From: Pristiophorus japonicus
Taxonomy: Eukaryota
Assembly: GCF_044704955.1 (NCBI RefSeq)
Contig: NC_091996.1
Location: 30,504,001-30,568,000 of the forward strand
Reading direction: 5' to 3'
Length of the DNA stretch: 64,000 nt
In this document: in pieces, positions 13,020-25,710 of the stretch
Layout of the letters: every line of letters starts with the position of its first letter
Numbering within the stretch: position 1 is the stretch's first letter
Position numbers and translations under genes: made by a program
Notes under the pieces: generated by a model
The model's input: the letters and a program-made list of their open reading frames with translations, nothing else
Database searches by the model: none
What the model was told of the DNA's origin: nothing

Positions 13020-13490
13020 CATCATCATAGGCAGTCCCTCGAATTGAGGATGACTTGCTTCCACGCCAAAAAGTTCACAGGTGTTTCAATGAACGACCTA
13101 AAAATCCAGATCCTGAACTACATGTTGAAGGGTAGAAGATGCCTGTGCGTGGATTTTTTTAACGTGTGGTGGCCGTTGCACACCAGCCACCACACGGGCT
13201 TGACAGAGCTAGGTCCTGGTCCAGTGGCAAGGGTTAACCAAGACAACTGGAGACCAGCTTTGCTGCACGGACCCAGTGCGCACACATATCGCAGTGTGGG
13301 CTGGCCCGTGCTGCCCCTGGACCCTCGCCTCTTCTGGGCCCCGAGCTCACGCCTCTCCTGGGCCCCGATCACGTCCCTCTACAATCTCTTGCCGCTCCTT
13401 CGCCCCGACCTCGATGCTCCTGCTGTACCTGCCCACGCTCCAATCACCGACCTGGACCTTGATGACGTTCTTTTTCACTGCCGTTGCTCC
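13020..13490 (-). mobile_element. Bipartite non-autonomous RTE-derived element
   Basis: Same body and tail, with a longer GC-rich 5' part. Confidence 0.85.
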
Positions 13491-13667
13491 CTAGACTGAG
13501 ACACAAGGCCAAGGCGCACCTGGGCTCACTGAGGAGCAGCATCGAACGAGGCTCAGGACGAGCAAAGAAGCCGCCACGCTGCTTCATACACGAAGATATG
13601 AATGGAGGTCAGCAAGAGCACCAGTGCTGTGGGTGGAAGTTACAGTCATCACTGCTCAGAATACCTG

Positions 13668-14236
13668 CTCACACCTGGAACACTGCGTGCAGTTTTAGTT
13701 TCCATATTTACGAAAGGATGCACTTGCTTTGGAGGCAGTTCAGAGAAGGTTCACTAGGTTGATTCCGGGGATGAGGGGTCGACTTATGAGGAAAGGTTGA
13801 GTAGGTTGGTCCTCTACTCATTGAAATTAAGAAGAATGAGAGGTGATCTTATCAAAACGTATAAGATTATGAGGGGGCTTGACAAGGTGGATGCAGAGAG
13901 GATGTTTCCACTGATGGAGGAGACTAGAACTAGAGGGCATGATCTTAGAATAAGGGGTCGCCCATTTAAAACAGAGATGAGGAGAAATTTCTTCTCTCAC
14001 AGGGTTGTAAATCTGTGGAATTCGCTGCCTCAGAGAGCTGTGGAAGCTGGGACATTGAATTAATTGAAGACAGAAATAGGCAGTTCATTAAACAATAAGG
14101 GGATAAGGGGTTATGGGGAATGGGCGGGGAAGTGGAGCTAAGTCCATGATCAGATCAGCCATGATCTTATTGAATGGTGGAGCAGGCTCAAGGGGCCGTA
14201 TGGCCTACTCCTGTTCCTATTTCTTATGTTGTTATG
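13668..14236 (+). mobile_element. CR1 (family B) 3' fragment
   Basis: ORF 13797..14063 YKIMRGLDKVDAERMFPL; TTCTTATG-type tail. Confidence 0.92.
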
Positions 14237-14294
14237 AACTCCTACACTGCCCAGACCAGCCGCCATACAGAATATTGCTGCACGTGATGTGATT

Positions 14295-15769
14295 GAAGGG
14301 ACTGGAGGGTAGCTAATGTAACACCACTTTTTAAAAAAGGAGGGAGAGAGAAAACGGGTAATTATAGACCGGTAAGCCTGACATCAGTAATGGGGAAAAT
14401 GTTGAATCAATCATTAAGGATGAAATAGCAGCGCATTTGGAAAGCAGTGACAGGATCAGTCCAAGTCAGCATGGATTTATGAAAGGGAAATCATGCTTGA
14501 CAAATCTTCTGGAATTTTTTGAGGATGTAACTAGCAGAGTGGACAAGGGAGAACCAGTAGATGTGATGTATTTGGACTTTCAAAAGTCTTTTGACAAGGT
14601 CCCACACAAGAGATTGGTGTGCAAAATCAAAGCACATGATATTGGGGGTAATATACTGACGTAGATAGAGAACTGGTTGGCAGACAGGAAGCAGTGAGTC
14701 GGGATAAACGGGTCCTTTTCAGAATGGCAGGCAGTGACTAGTGGGGTGCCGCAGGGCTCAGTGCTGGGACCCCAGCTCTTTACAATATACATTAATGATT
14801 TAGATGAAGGAATTGAGTGTAATATCTCCAAGTTTGCAGATGACACTAAGCTGGGTGGCGGTGTGAGCTGTGACGAGGGCGCTAAGAGGCTGCAGGGTGA
14901 CTTTGTCAGGTTAGGTGAGTGGGCAAATGCATGGCAGATGCAGTATAATGTGGATAAATGTGAGGTTATCCACTTTGGGGGCAAAAACACAAAGGCAGAA
15001 TATTATCTGAATGGTGGCAGATTAGGAAAAGGGGAGGTGCAACGAGACCTGAGTGTCATGATTCATCAGTCATTGAAAGTTGGCATGCAGTTACAGCTGG
15101 AGTGAAGAAGGCAAATGGTATGTTGGCCTTCATATCTAGGGGATTTGAGTATAGGAGCAGGGAGGTCTTACTGCAGTTGTACAGGGCCTTGGTTAGACCT
15201 CACCTGGAATATTGTGTTCAGTTTTGGTCTCCTAATCTGAGGAAGGACGTACGTGCTATTGAGGGAGTGCAGCGAAGGTTCACCAGACTGATTCCCGGGA
15301 TGGTTGGACTGATCTATGAGGAGAGACTGGATCATCTGGGCCTTTATACTCTGGAGTTTAGAAGGATGAGAGGGGATTTCATAGAAACGTATAAGATTCT
15401 GACGGGACTGGACAGGCTAGATGCGGGAAAAATGTTCCCGATGTTGGGGAAGTCCCGAACCAGGGGACACAGTCTTAGGATAAGGGGTAGGCCATTTAGG
15501 ACTGAGATGAGGAGAAACTTCTTCACTCAGAGAGTTGTTAACCTGTGGAATTCCCTGCCACAGAGAGTTGTTGATGCCAGTTCATTGGAGATATTCAAAA
15601 GGGAGTTAGATATGGCCCTTATGGCTAAAGGGATCAAGGGGTATGGAGAGAAAGCAGGAAAGGGGTACTGAGGGAATGATCAGCCATGATCTTATTGAAT
15701 GGTGGTGCAGGCTCGAAGGGCCGAATGGCCTACTCCTGCACCTATTTTCTATGTTTCGATGTTTCTATG
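14295..15769 (+). mobile_element. CR1 (family A) LINE with frameshifted RT
   Basis: ORFs 14437..14664, 14734..15105 (KFADDTKL) and 15102..15671; octamer tail. Confidence 0.95.
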
Positions 15770-16068
15770 TCTACTGGAAGGCACTTTGAGTTCAAGGAGA
15801 ACCGCACGCAGTCAAAGAAAACAGCTTTGGTTTCTACCAGCTGACTGGCTGTCCCAAAGGGAAGGGGGTTTATCAACTGCACCCAGATTGCCATTTGTGA
15901 ACCTCTCAATAATCTAGAGCCATGTCTGAATAGGAAAGTCTACCACTTCCTCAAAGTACAGAATCTGCAATCAGCAGCTCAAAGCCATGACTGTCAAAGC
16001 ATGTCGCCCAGGGAGTCCATCTTGAGACAGTCCAATGTGACCACATTATTTGAAGGGGAGAGTCATCA

Positions 16069-16500
16069 GAACATAAGCAATAGGAGCAGGAGTAGGCCAT
16101 TAAGCCCCTCGAGCCTGTTCCGCCATTCAATGAGATCATGGCTGATCGTTTCACCCAACTTCACTTTCACGCCCGATCTCCATATCCCTTGATCCCCCTA
16201 CAGTCTAAAAGTCTGTCGATCTCAGTCTTGAATATACTCACCGACTGAGCCTCCAAAACCCTTTGGGGCAGAGAATTTCAGAGATTCACAACTGTCTGAG
16301 TGAAGAACTTTCTCCTCTTCTCAGTCCTAAATGGCCCGACCCCTTATCCTGAGACTGTGACCTCTGGTTCTAGACTCTCCAGTCAGGGAAAACAACCTCT
16401 CAGCGTCTACCCTTATCAAGCCGTCTAAGAATGTTATATGTTTCAATGAGATACCTCTCATTCTTTTAAACTCCAGAGAATTTAGGGCTAGTGTACTCAA
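16069..16500 (-). mobile_element. Older CR1 3' fragment
   Basis: Degenerate SLEFKRMRG..GESRTRGHSLRIRGR and CR1 3' UTR. Confidence 0.8.
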
Positions 16501-16536
16501 TATGTGGAACGCTGTCTCCTGGAAGACCAGGGGTAT

Positions 16537-16765
16537 ACATAGAAACATAGAAAGTAGGTACAGGAGTAAGCCATTCGGCCCTTCGAGCCTGCACCACCAT
16601 TCAATGAGTTCATGGCTGATCATGCAACTTCAGTACCCCATTCCTGCTTTCTTTCCATACCCCTTGATCCCTTTAGCCGTAAGGACCACATTTGAATATA
16701 TCTAACGAACTGGCCTCAACAACTTTCTGTGGTAGAGAATTCCACAGGCTCACAATTCTCTGAGT
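16537..16765 (-). mobile_element. CR1 (family A) 3' end
   Basis: 3' UTR and tail match family A; small internal deletion. Confidence 0.85.
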
Positions 16766-17612
16766 GATGCCTCGTGGCTGATGACTCCACTGGTGAATCC
16801 CCGTACTCAACTTCAGCAACGGTAATATTTGAAAAGGCTTTTATTTTCTCGTTTGTATCAGACCAAATACTTCTAACTGAGGCAAGGTCCGTGCTTGTTC
16901 TCCACACAGTTGCTGCCAGGCCTGCTTGGAAGTTTCCAGCCCTTTGCCTTTTCCTTTCAAATGTCTTTCATTTTCTCTCATTTGAAATCGTGGAATTTGA
17001 TTACATTTTCATAAATCCACAGACTGTAGCTTTTAAGGAAAAGCTGCGTTTTATTGATATTTTCTGTGCGTCGTCGTGCTTGGCACCAGTGACTTGTTTG
17101 TATCGATGTAGCAGTCGGCACGGGCATTCCCATATGGGGCTTGCAACTGGGAACTGCTGTCTCTCCACTGACTCCAGGGTCCCTATGTCGAGAGCGATGC
17201 TGATACCCTTTCACCAATGTAGGGAGGTCCCTGTGCTTGAGTTCCCGTGGTTAGAGGCTCCCCAGAAGCAAGGTCTGGTGCTGGCAAAGGAACACCCTGA
17301 CAACATGGACACAAACAGCAAAAACAACTTGGATTTATATAGCGCCTGTAACATAGCAAAATGTCCCAAGGCACTGGGGCAAAGTTGTGGAGGGATTTGA
17401 AAGCATAGAGGGGAATTTGAAAATAGAGGCAGCTGCTGTAGAGACTAGCCTCAGGAGGCACATTAATAGGAGGTTATACATCTCACATGTTCTTAAAACT
17501 ATTCCCCAGTGTGCCGCCTGCATTGGGACAGGAATGGGAGCAAGCAAGTAGAGTGGTGAGGAAGGAATGGAAGGGCAGGGGGGCTGGTTAGCGACAAGTG
17601 CATTGGAACAGG

Positions 17613-18006
17613 AGGTGATCTTATCGAAACGTATAAGATTATGAGGGGGGCTTGACAAGGTGGATGCAGAGAGGATGTTTCCACTGATGGGGGAAGACTA
17701 GAACTAGAGGGCATGATCTTAGAATAAGGGGCCGCCCATTTAAAACTGCGATGAGGAGAAATTTCTTCTTTCAAAGGGTTGTTAATTTGTCGAATTCGCT
17801 GCCTCAGAGAGCTCTGGAAGCTGGGATATTGAATACGTTTAAGACAGAAATAGACAGTTTCTTGAGCGATAAGGGAATAAGGGGTTATAGGGAACGGGCG
17901 GGGAAGTGGAGCTGAGTCCATGATCAGATCAGCCATGATCTTATTGAATGGCGGAGCAGGCTCGAGGGGCCGTATGGCCTACTCCTGTTCTTATTTCTTA
18001 TGTTCT
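17613..18006 (+). mobile_element. CR1 (family B) 3' fragment
   Basis: Matches 13840-14236. Confidence 0.9.
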
Positions 18007-20143
18007 AGGAGTATGCCATTCAGCCCCTCAATCCGGTTTCGTCATTCAATTAGATCATGGCTGCTCTGTACCTCAACTGCATTTACCCATCTTTGATCCA
18101 TATGCCTTGATTCCCTTACCCAACAGAAATCTATCGATCTCAGTCTTGATCATTTCCATTGATCCAGCCTCCACAGCCTTTTTTTCTATTTACAGCTCAT
18201 TCCGAAGTATTGGTGATTAATCAGCTCATTAGCTACTTGAGCAGTGTGAAAGTGAGCATCAGTGCAGGCATAGGATGAATGGCTTTTTTCTGCAGGGCAA
18301 GATTATTCAGTTTCTGAGGCTCAAATCCGATTGGACATACCCATCGGTTTAATGAGCAGGCATTGCTCACAAACAGAAATTGGTGAACTTTAAAGTGAAG
18401 AAAATATTACCCATCGATGTCTCTACATTGTGCCGTAGCCCTTTTACTTTTTTCAAGCTAATGAACGCAAAGTAGACAAAACAAATATGATTTAGTCTGA
18501 ACCATAGCTAGTTGTTTTCAAATGTGTGAGGTATTAAGGGAAAACAACGCAAGGCTGATGTCCTCCTAATCTCATCGTTCGGTCTCTCCTCAGATACACC
18601 TGGAACATCGAGACTATCTGCTGATGAGAAGTTTCCTGCACTTCAAGAACCCTCCCCAATAACATCAGGCACAACAGCAAGTGCAGCAATATCCCCATTG
18701 TTACACCCTGTACCGCGAGGGACCGCAGTGTGTTGCAGTCGTCAGCACAGCAACAAGTGCACACACGTTGGCAACAACCAGCGCACATGAGCATCTAACT
18801 GGCACGGAAGAATTGAAATGACCAGTTGAGCAATTTAAAAGACCCGCTATAGTTTGAATGTGCTGTAGACAGCAGCAGCTTGAACAAAAGAATGTGGATG
18901 CAGATGCCATCAGAAAAGCCTCCAAGGAAAGAGGCCCTAATGCTTCTACCCAACAGGCAGTTTCACAAGACTATGGACCAAGTGAAGAATCACTAACTTT
19001 TTCCCTGATCAAAATGCTCTTCAGGTCTCCATAATGGTTGCAATATAATCTGTTCTGGATACTGGCGCACGCATCCCAATGTCTGCTGCTGAATTCGCAG
19101 TGTGCCAAGAAATAACCGACATTGGTTCAATTCTGATAGGATGGCTTGTTGATGCCAGTAGAGGATTGGAGTCATCTAAAGGCGAAGGATACCATCCAAA
19201 CTGATCTCAACCAATTGCATGATTGTCTTGACCAGAGACAAACCATGCCACAGGACACCTAACAGGGAACAACGTCATTTATGCCACTGACCTGTCTCTG
19301 CTGTTTCTGGCTCAAATATATCCACTGAAATATCTCAAGTAGGCACTAATCCCTCCGCACAGATGGATAAAGACATTCCTCACTCTGATGCACAGATGTC
19401 AGCCACTACCACTGAAGTGTGTGTTTTCCATTTACTGCAAACTGAACATCTACCAGTTAATGTAACTCTCTCCTCAACTGAAGCTGCAAATGGCAGGGTG
19501 CTCATCGGGATTACAGTCCTTTAATAGTGTACACCTACTGAGAAGAGGTATAAGGGGTGCTCGGCAGCGCACAACAGTTCAAACATCAGGAATACATCCT
19601 GTACATAAGAACATGAGAACGTAAGAAATAGGAACAGGAGTAGGCCATACAGCCCCTCGAGCCTGCTCCGCCATTCAATAAGATCATGGCTGATCTGATC
19701 AGGCTGGAAGGTGATGTTTTCAATTGTGGAGTCATTCTGGATGTTCAGGCATTAAACTTCAAAGAATGGCAAAGTAGATGAAATGTGGGAGTCAATTCTG
19801 CTCAAGAGATAGTTTCTTCTCAGACACAAACAGCAATGTAACAGCTGCATAAACTCTGCTGCCTTTGAAGCAGCATGTAAGCCAAAATGTCCACTCTCCC
19901 TCTACTCCCACTAAAAGTCCAGAGATTTCCTGTAACTGACTGTGCGTACACACGTGTGGAGATCTGTGCACGGCTGTGTTGGCATCGTGCAAACTCAAGA
20001 ATGCTCAAGATATAATTGTTTCATGTTGAATTGACGTATTCAGTAGTTTGGACAATAACATTGTAATTTTCACACTTTTGGGGAACTCAGTTTAATGTAT
20101 GCGAGAACAAATGTTTGCATGGAAAGATGAGGAGTATGGAAAT

Positions 20144-20448
20144 TGTTATATATGCAGACTATAGATATACTCTCTGTGTAGTCATTGTATAGTTGCATAA
20201 GATGGAGACTTGTTTACCGGATGTACTATCAATAAGGTTTACACTGTGTATATATTATGCTGGCACCACTAGAGGGTGCAACTGGTGGAGACCGGGGTTT
20301 CCTGCCATGGTGGCAAGGGCTGTATAAAAGGGGAGCCACCATGTGGCTGCCTCACTCTGAAGTTACGAGTAAAGGACCAAGGTCACTACAGTTTGAGTAC
20401 AACACATTGCCTCGTGGAATCATTCATAAGTACACTACAGGCATAATA
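20144..20448 (+). mobile_element. Solo LTR (Gypsy-like), 305 bp
   Basis: Starts TGTTAT and ends ATAATA (decayed ATAACA); 5-bp TSD GAAAT at 20139-20143 and 20449-20453; TATAAAA at ~20323; AGTAAA poly(A)-like signal. Confidence 0.8.
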
Positions 20449-20500
20449 GAAATGACCATTCCTGCTCAACTACTCTTATGCAATAGATGTGGGCCTATTA

Positions 20501-20671
20501 CATAGAAACATAGAAAATAGGTGCAGGAGTAGGCCATTCAGCCCTTCGAGCCTGCACCACCATTCAATAAGATCATGGCTGATCATTCCCTCAGTACCCC
20601 TTTCCTGCTTTCTCTCCATACTCCTTGATCCCCTTAGCCATAAGGGCCATATCTAACTCCCTCTTGAATAT
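20501..20671 (-). mobile_element. CR1 (family A) 3' end fused to the H2B retrocopy
   Basis: ATATTCAAGAGGGAGTTAG..TTTCTATG lies directly downstream of the H2B 3' UTR on the same strand. Confidence 0.92.
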
Positions 20672-20991
20672 GTGGTTTGTTCTGTCAGGACAGCGTGGAG
20701 TTTTACTTGGAGCTGGTGTACTTGGTCACTGCCTTTGTCCCTTCTGACACGGTGTGCTTGGCCAGCTCCCCGGGCAGCAGCAGGCGCATGTCGGTCTGGA
20801 TCTCCCGGGAGCTGATAGTGCAGCGCTTGTTGTAATGGGCCAGGCGGGAAGCCTCACCCGCAATGCGCTCCAAAATATCATTCACAAACGAGTTCATGAT
20901 GCCCATGGCCTTGGAGGAGATGCCGGTGACGGGGTGAACCTGCTTCATCACTTTGTAGATGTAGATGGAGTAACTTTTCTTCCTCGACTTG
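20672..20991 (-). pseudogene. H2B: Histone H2B processed pseudogene, 5'-truncated (stop at 20703-20705, short 3' UTR)
   Basis: [81 protein letters not shown]; N-terminal tail absent; substitutions at conserved residues (E>K, D>V, F>L, S>C, AV>DM, A>T). Confidence 0.95.
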
Positions 20992-21038
20992 TAATCAAAG
21001 CTCAATTTCTCAATGTTTGGATGTTTTAGATAGTGTGA

Positions 21039-21993
21039 TGAAACGATAGCTTTTGTAAGTGAAATGCAGTACTGCCTTGTGACAAGGTGCATGTAGCTTC
21101 ATGTGTGTGCAGTTCATTAGGTGCTTTAGAGTTTAATGTTTGCTAAGTATACTGATGCTTTCCCCTGGCCTACCACGGAAATCTGTAAACCTCACTCACA
21201 AACCCCCCCCACCCGAGATTACCAATACGTCCCCATTCAACGTCTCTCCCCTCCCCCCTCCCCCATCTCTCCCTCTGATCTCTCCCCAATCCCTTATCTC
21301 TCCCTTCAATCTCTCTCCGACCCCCAATTTCTCATTCTGATCTCTCTCCGATCACCCACGACCACCCCACGGACCTCCAAATCCCGCTATACCCACCCCC
21401 CAACCCCCCTCCCCCAGCCCCTCGTGATTTCTGCCTTGAGCAGCAGGAAAACCACTCTCTCCTGGGCTATGGCCTCTTCTGCAGTATTCCCCGACCGCCA
21501 GGGAGCCAAGTCTGTCAACTAGGCTGGCTTCCTATTAAAAAAAAAATGCACACTGCGGAGTTAAAACTCCACGGTGTTCAGGGAAACACGGTACGGACCG
21601 TAACTCCTCTCCCCCCCCCCCCACCTCCCGCCCCGGCTTGGAAATGCCGCCCCAGTAAATATCATGGCCGTGCTGTCACATGGGAAGGCCTTGAGAAAAA
21701 GTACTTGATGCAATTGGTACATGACTCTGGGAGTTAGATGTGGCCCTTACGACTAAAAGGATCAGGGGGTCTGGAGATAAGGCAGGAATGGGGCACTGAA
21801 GTTGCATGATCAGCCATGATTGTATTGAATAGCCTCGAAGGGCCGAATGGCCTGCTCCTGCACCTATTTTCTATGTTTCCATGTTTCTATGACAAACAAC
21901 GCGCAAACTGTTGAAACGGCAGGTTTTGTGAGTGATATGCAGTACTGCCTTGTGACAAGGCGCACGTAGCTTCATGTGTGTGCAGTTCATTAG
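21039..21993. repeat. 82-bp direct repeat pair (21039-21120 and 21912-21993)
   Basis: Ungapped alignment with 7 mismatches counted by eye. Confidence 0.85.
21730..21891 (+). mobile_element. CR1 (family A) 3' end
   Basis: GGGAGTTAGATGTGGCCC..TTTCTATG. Confidence 0.88.
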
Positions 21994-22214
21994 CTCCAGA
22001 ATCTACAGATATGCTATAATTGAATAACTGTTCCTGTCAGGCTATCTATCTGGGAAAATGGATGAAAGTAGAATCCTTCATCACAGTGCAGCAAAGGCCT
22101 CCTGCACTCACTTAAGCATTCGTGGACTGCAGGATGCCCATTTAATAGTCTACTGATATCTACGAGAAGCCTGCATCATATAAATTCATATCTATGCTGC
22201 TGATGGCTCATTGA

Positions 22215-22655
22215 TGTTTATGCAATGAGTAGCTGAGGCACACAGAACCCAGAAAAGTTTCAAGAGGGAGTTAGATGTGGCCCTTACAGCTAAAGGGATC
22301 AAGGGGTATGGAGAGAAAGCAGGAAAGGAGTACTGAGGTGAATGATCAGCCATGATCTTATTGAATAGTGGTGCAGGCTTGAAGGGCCGAATGGCCTATT
22401 CCTGCACCTATTTTCTATGTTTCTATGTTTCTATGTTTGATCCTTGATCTGTGTTGAGTTAGTCACTCTCAGCCATGGAGATGTACAGTTTGCTTCTTTG
22501 CCCTGAGTTGGGTCGGGGAAAATGAGCCAGCACTCCCACTCGTGATCACAATCTGACAAGCCCCCTGACTGGAAGTGCAGGTATGTAGTCACCAGGTGAG
22601 GACAGGCTTTGGCTTGGCTGTGATGCACTTCACCATTGAATAGCCAGCTGACACG
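22215..22655 (+). mobile_element. Ancient, probably tRNA-headed SINE interrupted by a CR1 3' end (22258-22438)
   Basis: Degenerate similarity to the inverted copy at 23250-23560 and the fragment at 4610-4740; resembles a recalled old shark repeat. Confidence 0.5.
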
Positions 22656-22664
22656 GCTCTGCTA

Positions 22665-23050
22665 GCATAATGGTTAATTCACTGGACTAATAATCCCAAG
22701 GCTTGGACTGATGATCTGGAGACATGAGTTCAAATCCCACCATGGCAACTGGCAAGTTAAATTCAATTAATTAAATAAATCTGGAATATAAAGCTAGTGT
22801 CAGTAATGATGATCCTGAAACTACCAGGTTGTTGTAAAGACCCATCTAGGGAGGGAAATCTGCTGTCCTTACCCAGTCTGGCCTATATGTGACTCCAGAC
22901 CCACAGCAATGTGGTTGACTCTTAACTGCCCTCTGAAATGGTCCAGCAAGCCATTCAGTTGTACACAGTGGCTCACCACCACCATTCTTCAGGGCAATTA
23001 CAGATGGCCAATCAATGCTGGCCTTGCCCGTGAATGCATAAATTAAGAAA
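22665..23050 (+). mobile_element. tRNA-derived SINE sharing its 3' tail with the LINE at 39795-40145
   Basis: B-box GAGTTCAAATCC; tail GCTCACCACCACC..GGGCAATTA..GCTGGCCTTGCC; second copy at 61990-63185. Confidence 0.75.
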
Positions 23051-23249
23051 ACATAACTGATGGCCAATTGAGTGAGACAGCGGAGGGCAACAAATGGCTG
23101 TGGAATTAGACCTGAGCCAATGACATCAGACGAGGGTGGGTGAAAAGGAGAATGTAGTTGTTGAGGTAAAAGTGTCACAGCTCTTTCAAGGACACACAAT
23201 CCATTCTTGCCTTGCAAATTCAATGCTTTTTTCTCGGCTACTGTCCTAG

Positions 23250-23560
23250 AGGTAGTAACTAATGCTAAGGCATGGTTCCACAACTGTGGGTGATCGCCCA
23301 GTACCATGCAAGTTGCCATTCTTTATGTGTGAGCCTAGATAGTCAATGGTGCTGGGGTATCCGATGCAGGGGTTCTCAATAGCCCCACCCTATCCTGATT
23401 GAATCTCAGTACACACTGATCACTGCATAGTGATTCGGAGCAGGAGCCCGAGATGATTTTTATTCCTTTCCTTGGCCCAGGATACTGAGGATTATCGCGA
23501 CCTTATGGCTGTTCAAGCTGAGGACAATGAACTCAGCACAGGCCAAACCTAGAACCTTCC
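23250..23560 (-). mobile_element. Ancient SINE, same family as 22215-22655, inverted
   Basis: AACTCAGCACAG is the approximate reverse complement of CTGTGTTGAGTT; GCCATTCTTTATGTGTGAGCCTAGA resembles 4690-4720. Confidence 0.45.
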
Positions 23561-23561
23561 C

Positions 23562-23930
23562 AACGGGACTGGACAGGTTAGATGCAGGAAAAATGTTTCC
23601 GATGTTGGGGAAGTCCAGAACCAGGGGCTCACAGTCTAGGATAAGGGTAAGCCATTTAGGACCGAGATGAGAAGAAACTTCTTCACTCAGAGGGTTGTTA
23701 ACCTGTGGAATTCTCTACCGCAGAGAGTTGTTGATGCCAGTTCATTAGATATATTCAAGAGGGAGTTAGATGTAGCCCTGACGGCTAAAGGGATCAAGGG
23801 GTATGGAGAGAAAGCAGGAAAGGGGTGCTGAGGTGAATGATCAGCCATGATCTTATTGAATGGTGGTGCATGCTCGAAGGGCCGAATGGCCTACTCCTGC
23901 ACATATTTTCGATGTTTCTATGTTTCTATG
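23562..23930 (+). mobile_element. CR1 (family A) 3' fragment
   Basis: Family A body and tail. Confidence 0.9.
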
Positions 23931-25564
23931 TGTGGCTTAGCATTATATCACAGATTGCATTTAGCTCCTCAGCTACTTGAGGAGACCTGGCCTGTAAAAT
24001 TGTGTGTAAAGGATTATTTCAAGTTCACGAGAAATTGCTGCTACCTAAAAATATGGCCAAAGGGATCATTTCTTGCTGAAGGTAGTTTAACCTACTTCAA
24101 CTGCGATTTATAACACAAAATGGAATAGATAGTATTTCATGCAGAAAATTGTTTTAATTTAATCAGCTCTGCAACCTAATAATTAGCTTAATTGGTGTTT
24201 TAGTCCAGTGCAGCTGTATTTAATTCAATGCAGAAAACACTGCTTCATGATTTATATTGCTTAAAAACAGCAAATTAGTAACTGGTAACTGGGTTGTAAG
24301 TAGACCACAGACTGAACGATTCCAGCCAAGGTCACTACATTAAAATTCAGCGGAAGCAAGCTTTGATCTACCCTTACATCTTACATATGAATAAACATCT
24401 ACATTCCTGCTGATTCCTGAAAGTTGCCTGCAGGGAGGATACAGAGAAAATAAAATTAAGAAGACGTCATTTAAAAGAATATTTCGAACCAGTCAATGGA
24501 TGAACAGCTATATCTCACCCATCAGTGTGACGGACTGGATTATATTTCATTCTGATTTAAAGGATTTGCTCTAATGTTGGGATAACTGGGATCTCAAACT
24601 TTAGGATTCACTCGGATCACATGTTCAGGTGAGGAGCTGTTGGAATAAAACCAACTCCTTCAAAAAAGCACAGAGAGGCAGGAATCGCACAGTGTGATAT
24701 CAGTAACAAAGGAGTTCATAAGCTTGTATGAGACCCTTTTGTGCTACATTTTAATGAAGGAGTTTACCTGCATATTTTAAACAGGTTAGGTGAAACTTGA
24801 ATCATTTTTAACCCTTTGAGGAGGTGATAGCATTTATTGTAACAAAATAATGACCTAAACCTTGGCATACAGCTATTAGCACATGTACTATATTGTTTGC
24901 AAAGAGCACAGCAGATGAAGAGATTCTCTTTGTCTTTTTGGTCCTAGCTCAAGTTTCCATCAGAATCGTCAAAACAATGACGCCCCTATCTATGTGCAAC
25001 GGGCAGTGTGCATGTTGACATCTACAGAAAGTTAAAATGAGAGTTGGTATACAATGACTTGAATGTGCAAGGCCACAGGGAGCTGTCTCCCCCTCATAGC
25101 TGTCTGATAGGCAGAGAGCTCCTTGTGCAGGGTTGTGTTAAAACTTACAACCTCCCCATATTCTCTGATTGAAAAAAGACAATGAGAGTGCAAAAGGGCA
25201 GGAAAGTAACATGTTGCTCCAGACAGGAAGATTTTTGTTTTTACATACGTCCTGGGGCTCTCTTTGTTTTCAATACAAGATGGGAGGATGTTGGGAGGCA
25301 GTATATGCGATACCCCTCTCAATGGCTTCTTGCTTGAATAGCTTTCAAACAAACAAGATTTCTAACAATAATTTTCTTGACTTATAAAATAAAAAGCTAC
25401 GAAAAGGTGGTTTGCATTTTTGATAACTTGGTCAATATTCCGTTGTAACCGTTGTGATCTAAACGAGTATTACACATTGCCATAAACTCGTATCCATAGG
25501 CAACACAGGAAGGATCATAGGTGGGCCACATGGGCTGTCAATTGGTACCCGCAGAGTTGATTAT

Positions 25565-25583
25565 CTGCCACTAGATGTCAGAA
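25565..25583 (+). promoter_or_regulatory. CTCF-like motif
   Basis: TGCCACTAGATGTCAG. Confidence 0.38.
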
Positions 25584-25710
25584 GCACACTGAGTAAGTAA
25601 CGGTATAAGAAAGCATAAAACAAGAAAAGGCCACTTGGCCTATTAAACCATATCCTTCCACAGGCCATTTGGATTCTACCCTATAGGTTCTAGCCCAAAA
25701 TGAATCTCCT

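Noticed and set aside
16774-17400. 208-aa ORF as a gene
   Set aside because: It runs across remnants of several old repeats and has no recognisable domain.
20703-21092. Functional 129-aa H2B variant with a novel N-terminus
   Set aside because: The first ~33 residues come from flanking DNA, part of it duplicated at 21912. Conserved residues are mutated and there is no stem-loop.
24385-25164. Assignment to the NRBP pseudokinase (EYGEV..VDIYSF resemblance)
   Set aside because: The two matching words fall in different reading frames with the wrong spacing, so the match is likely coincidental.
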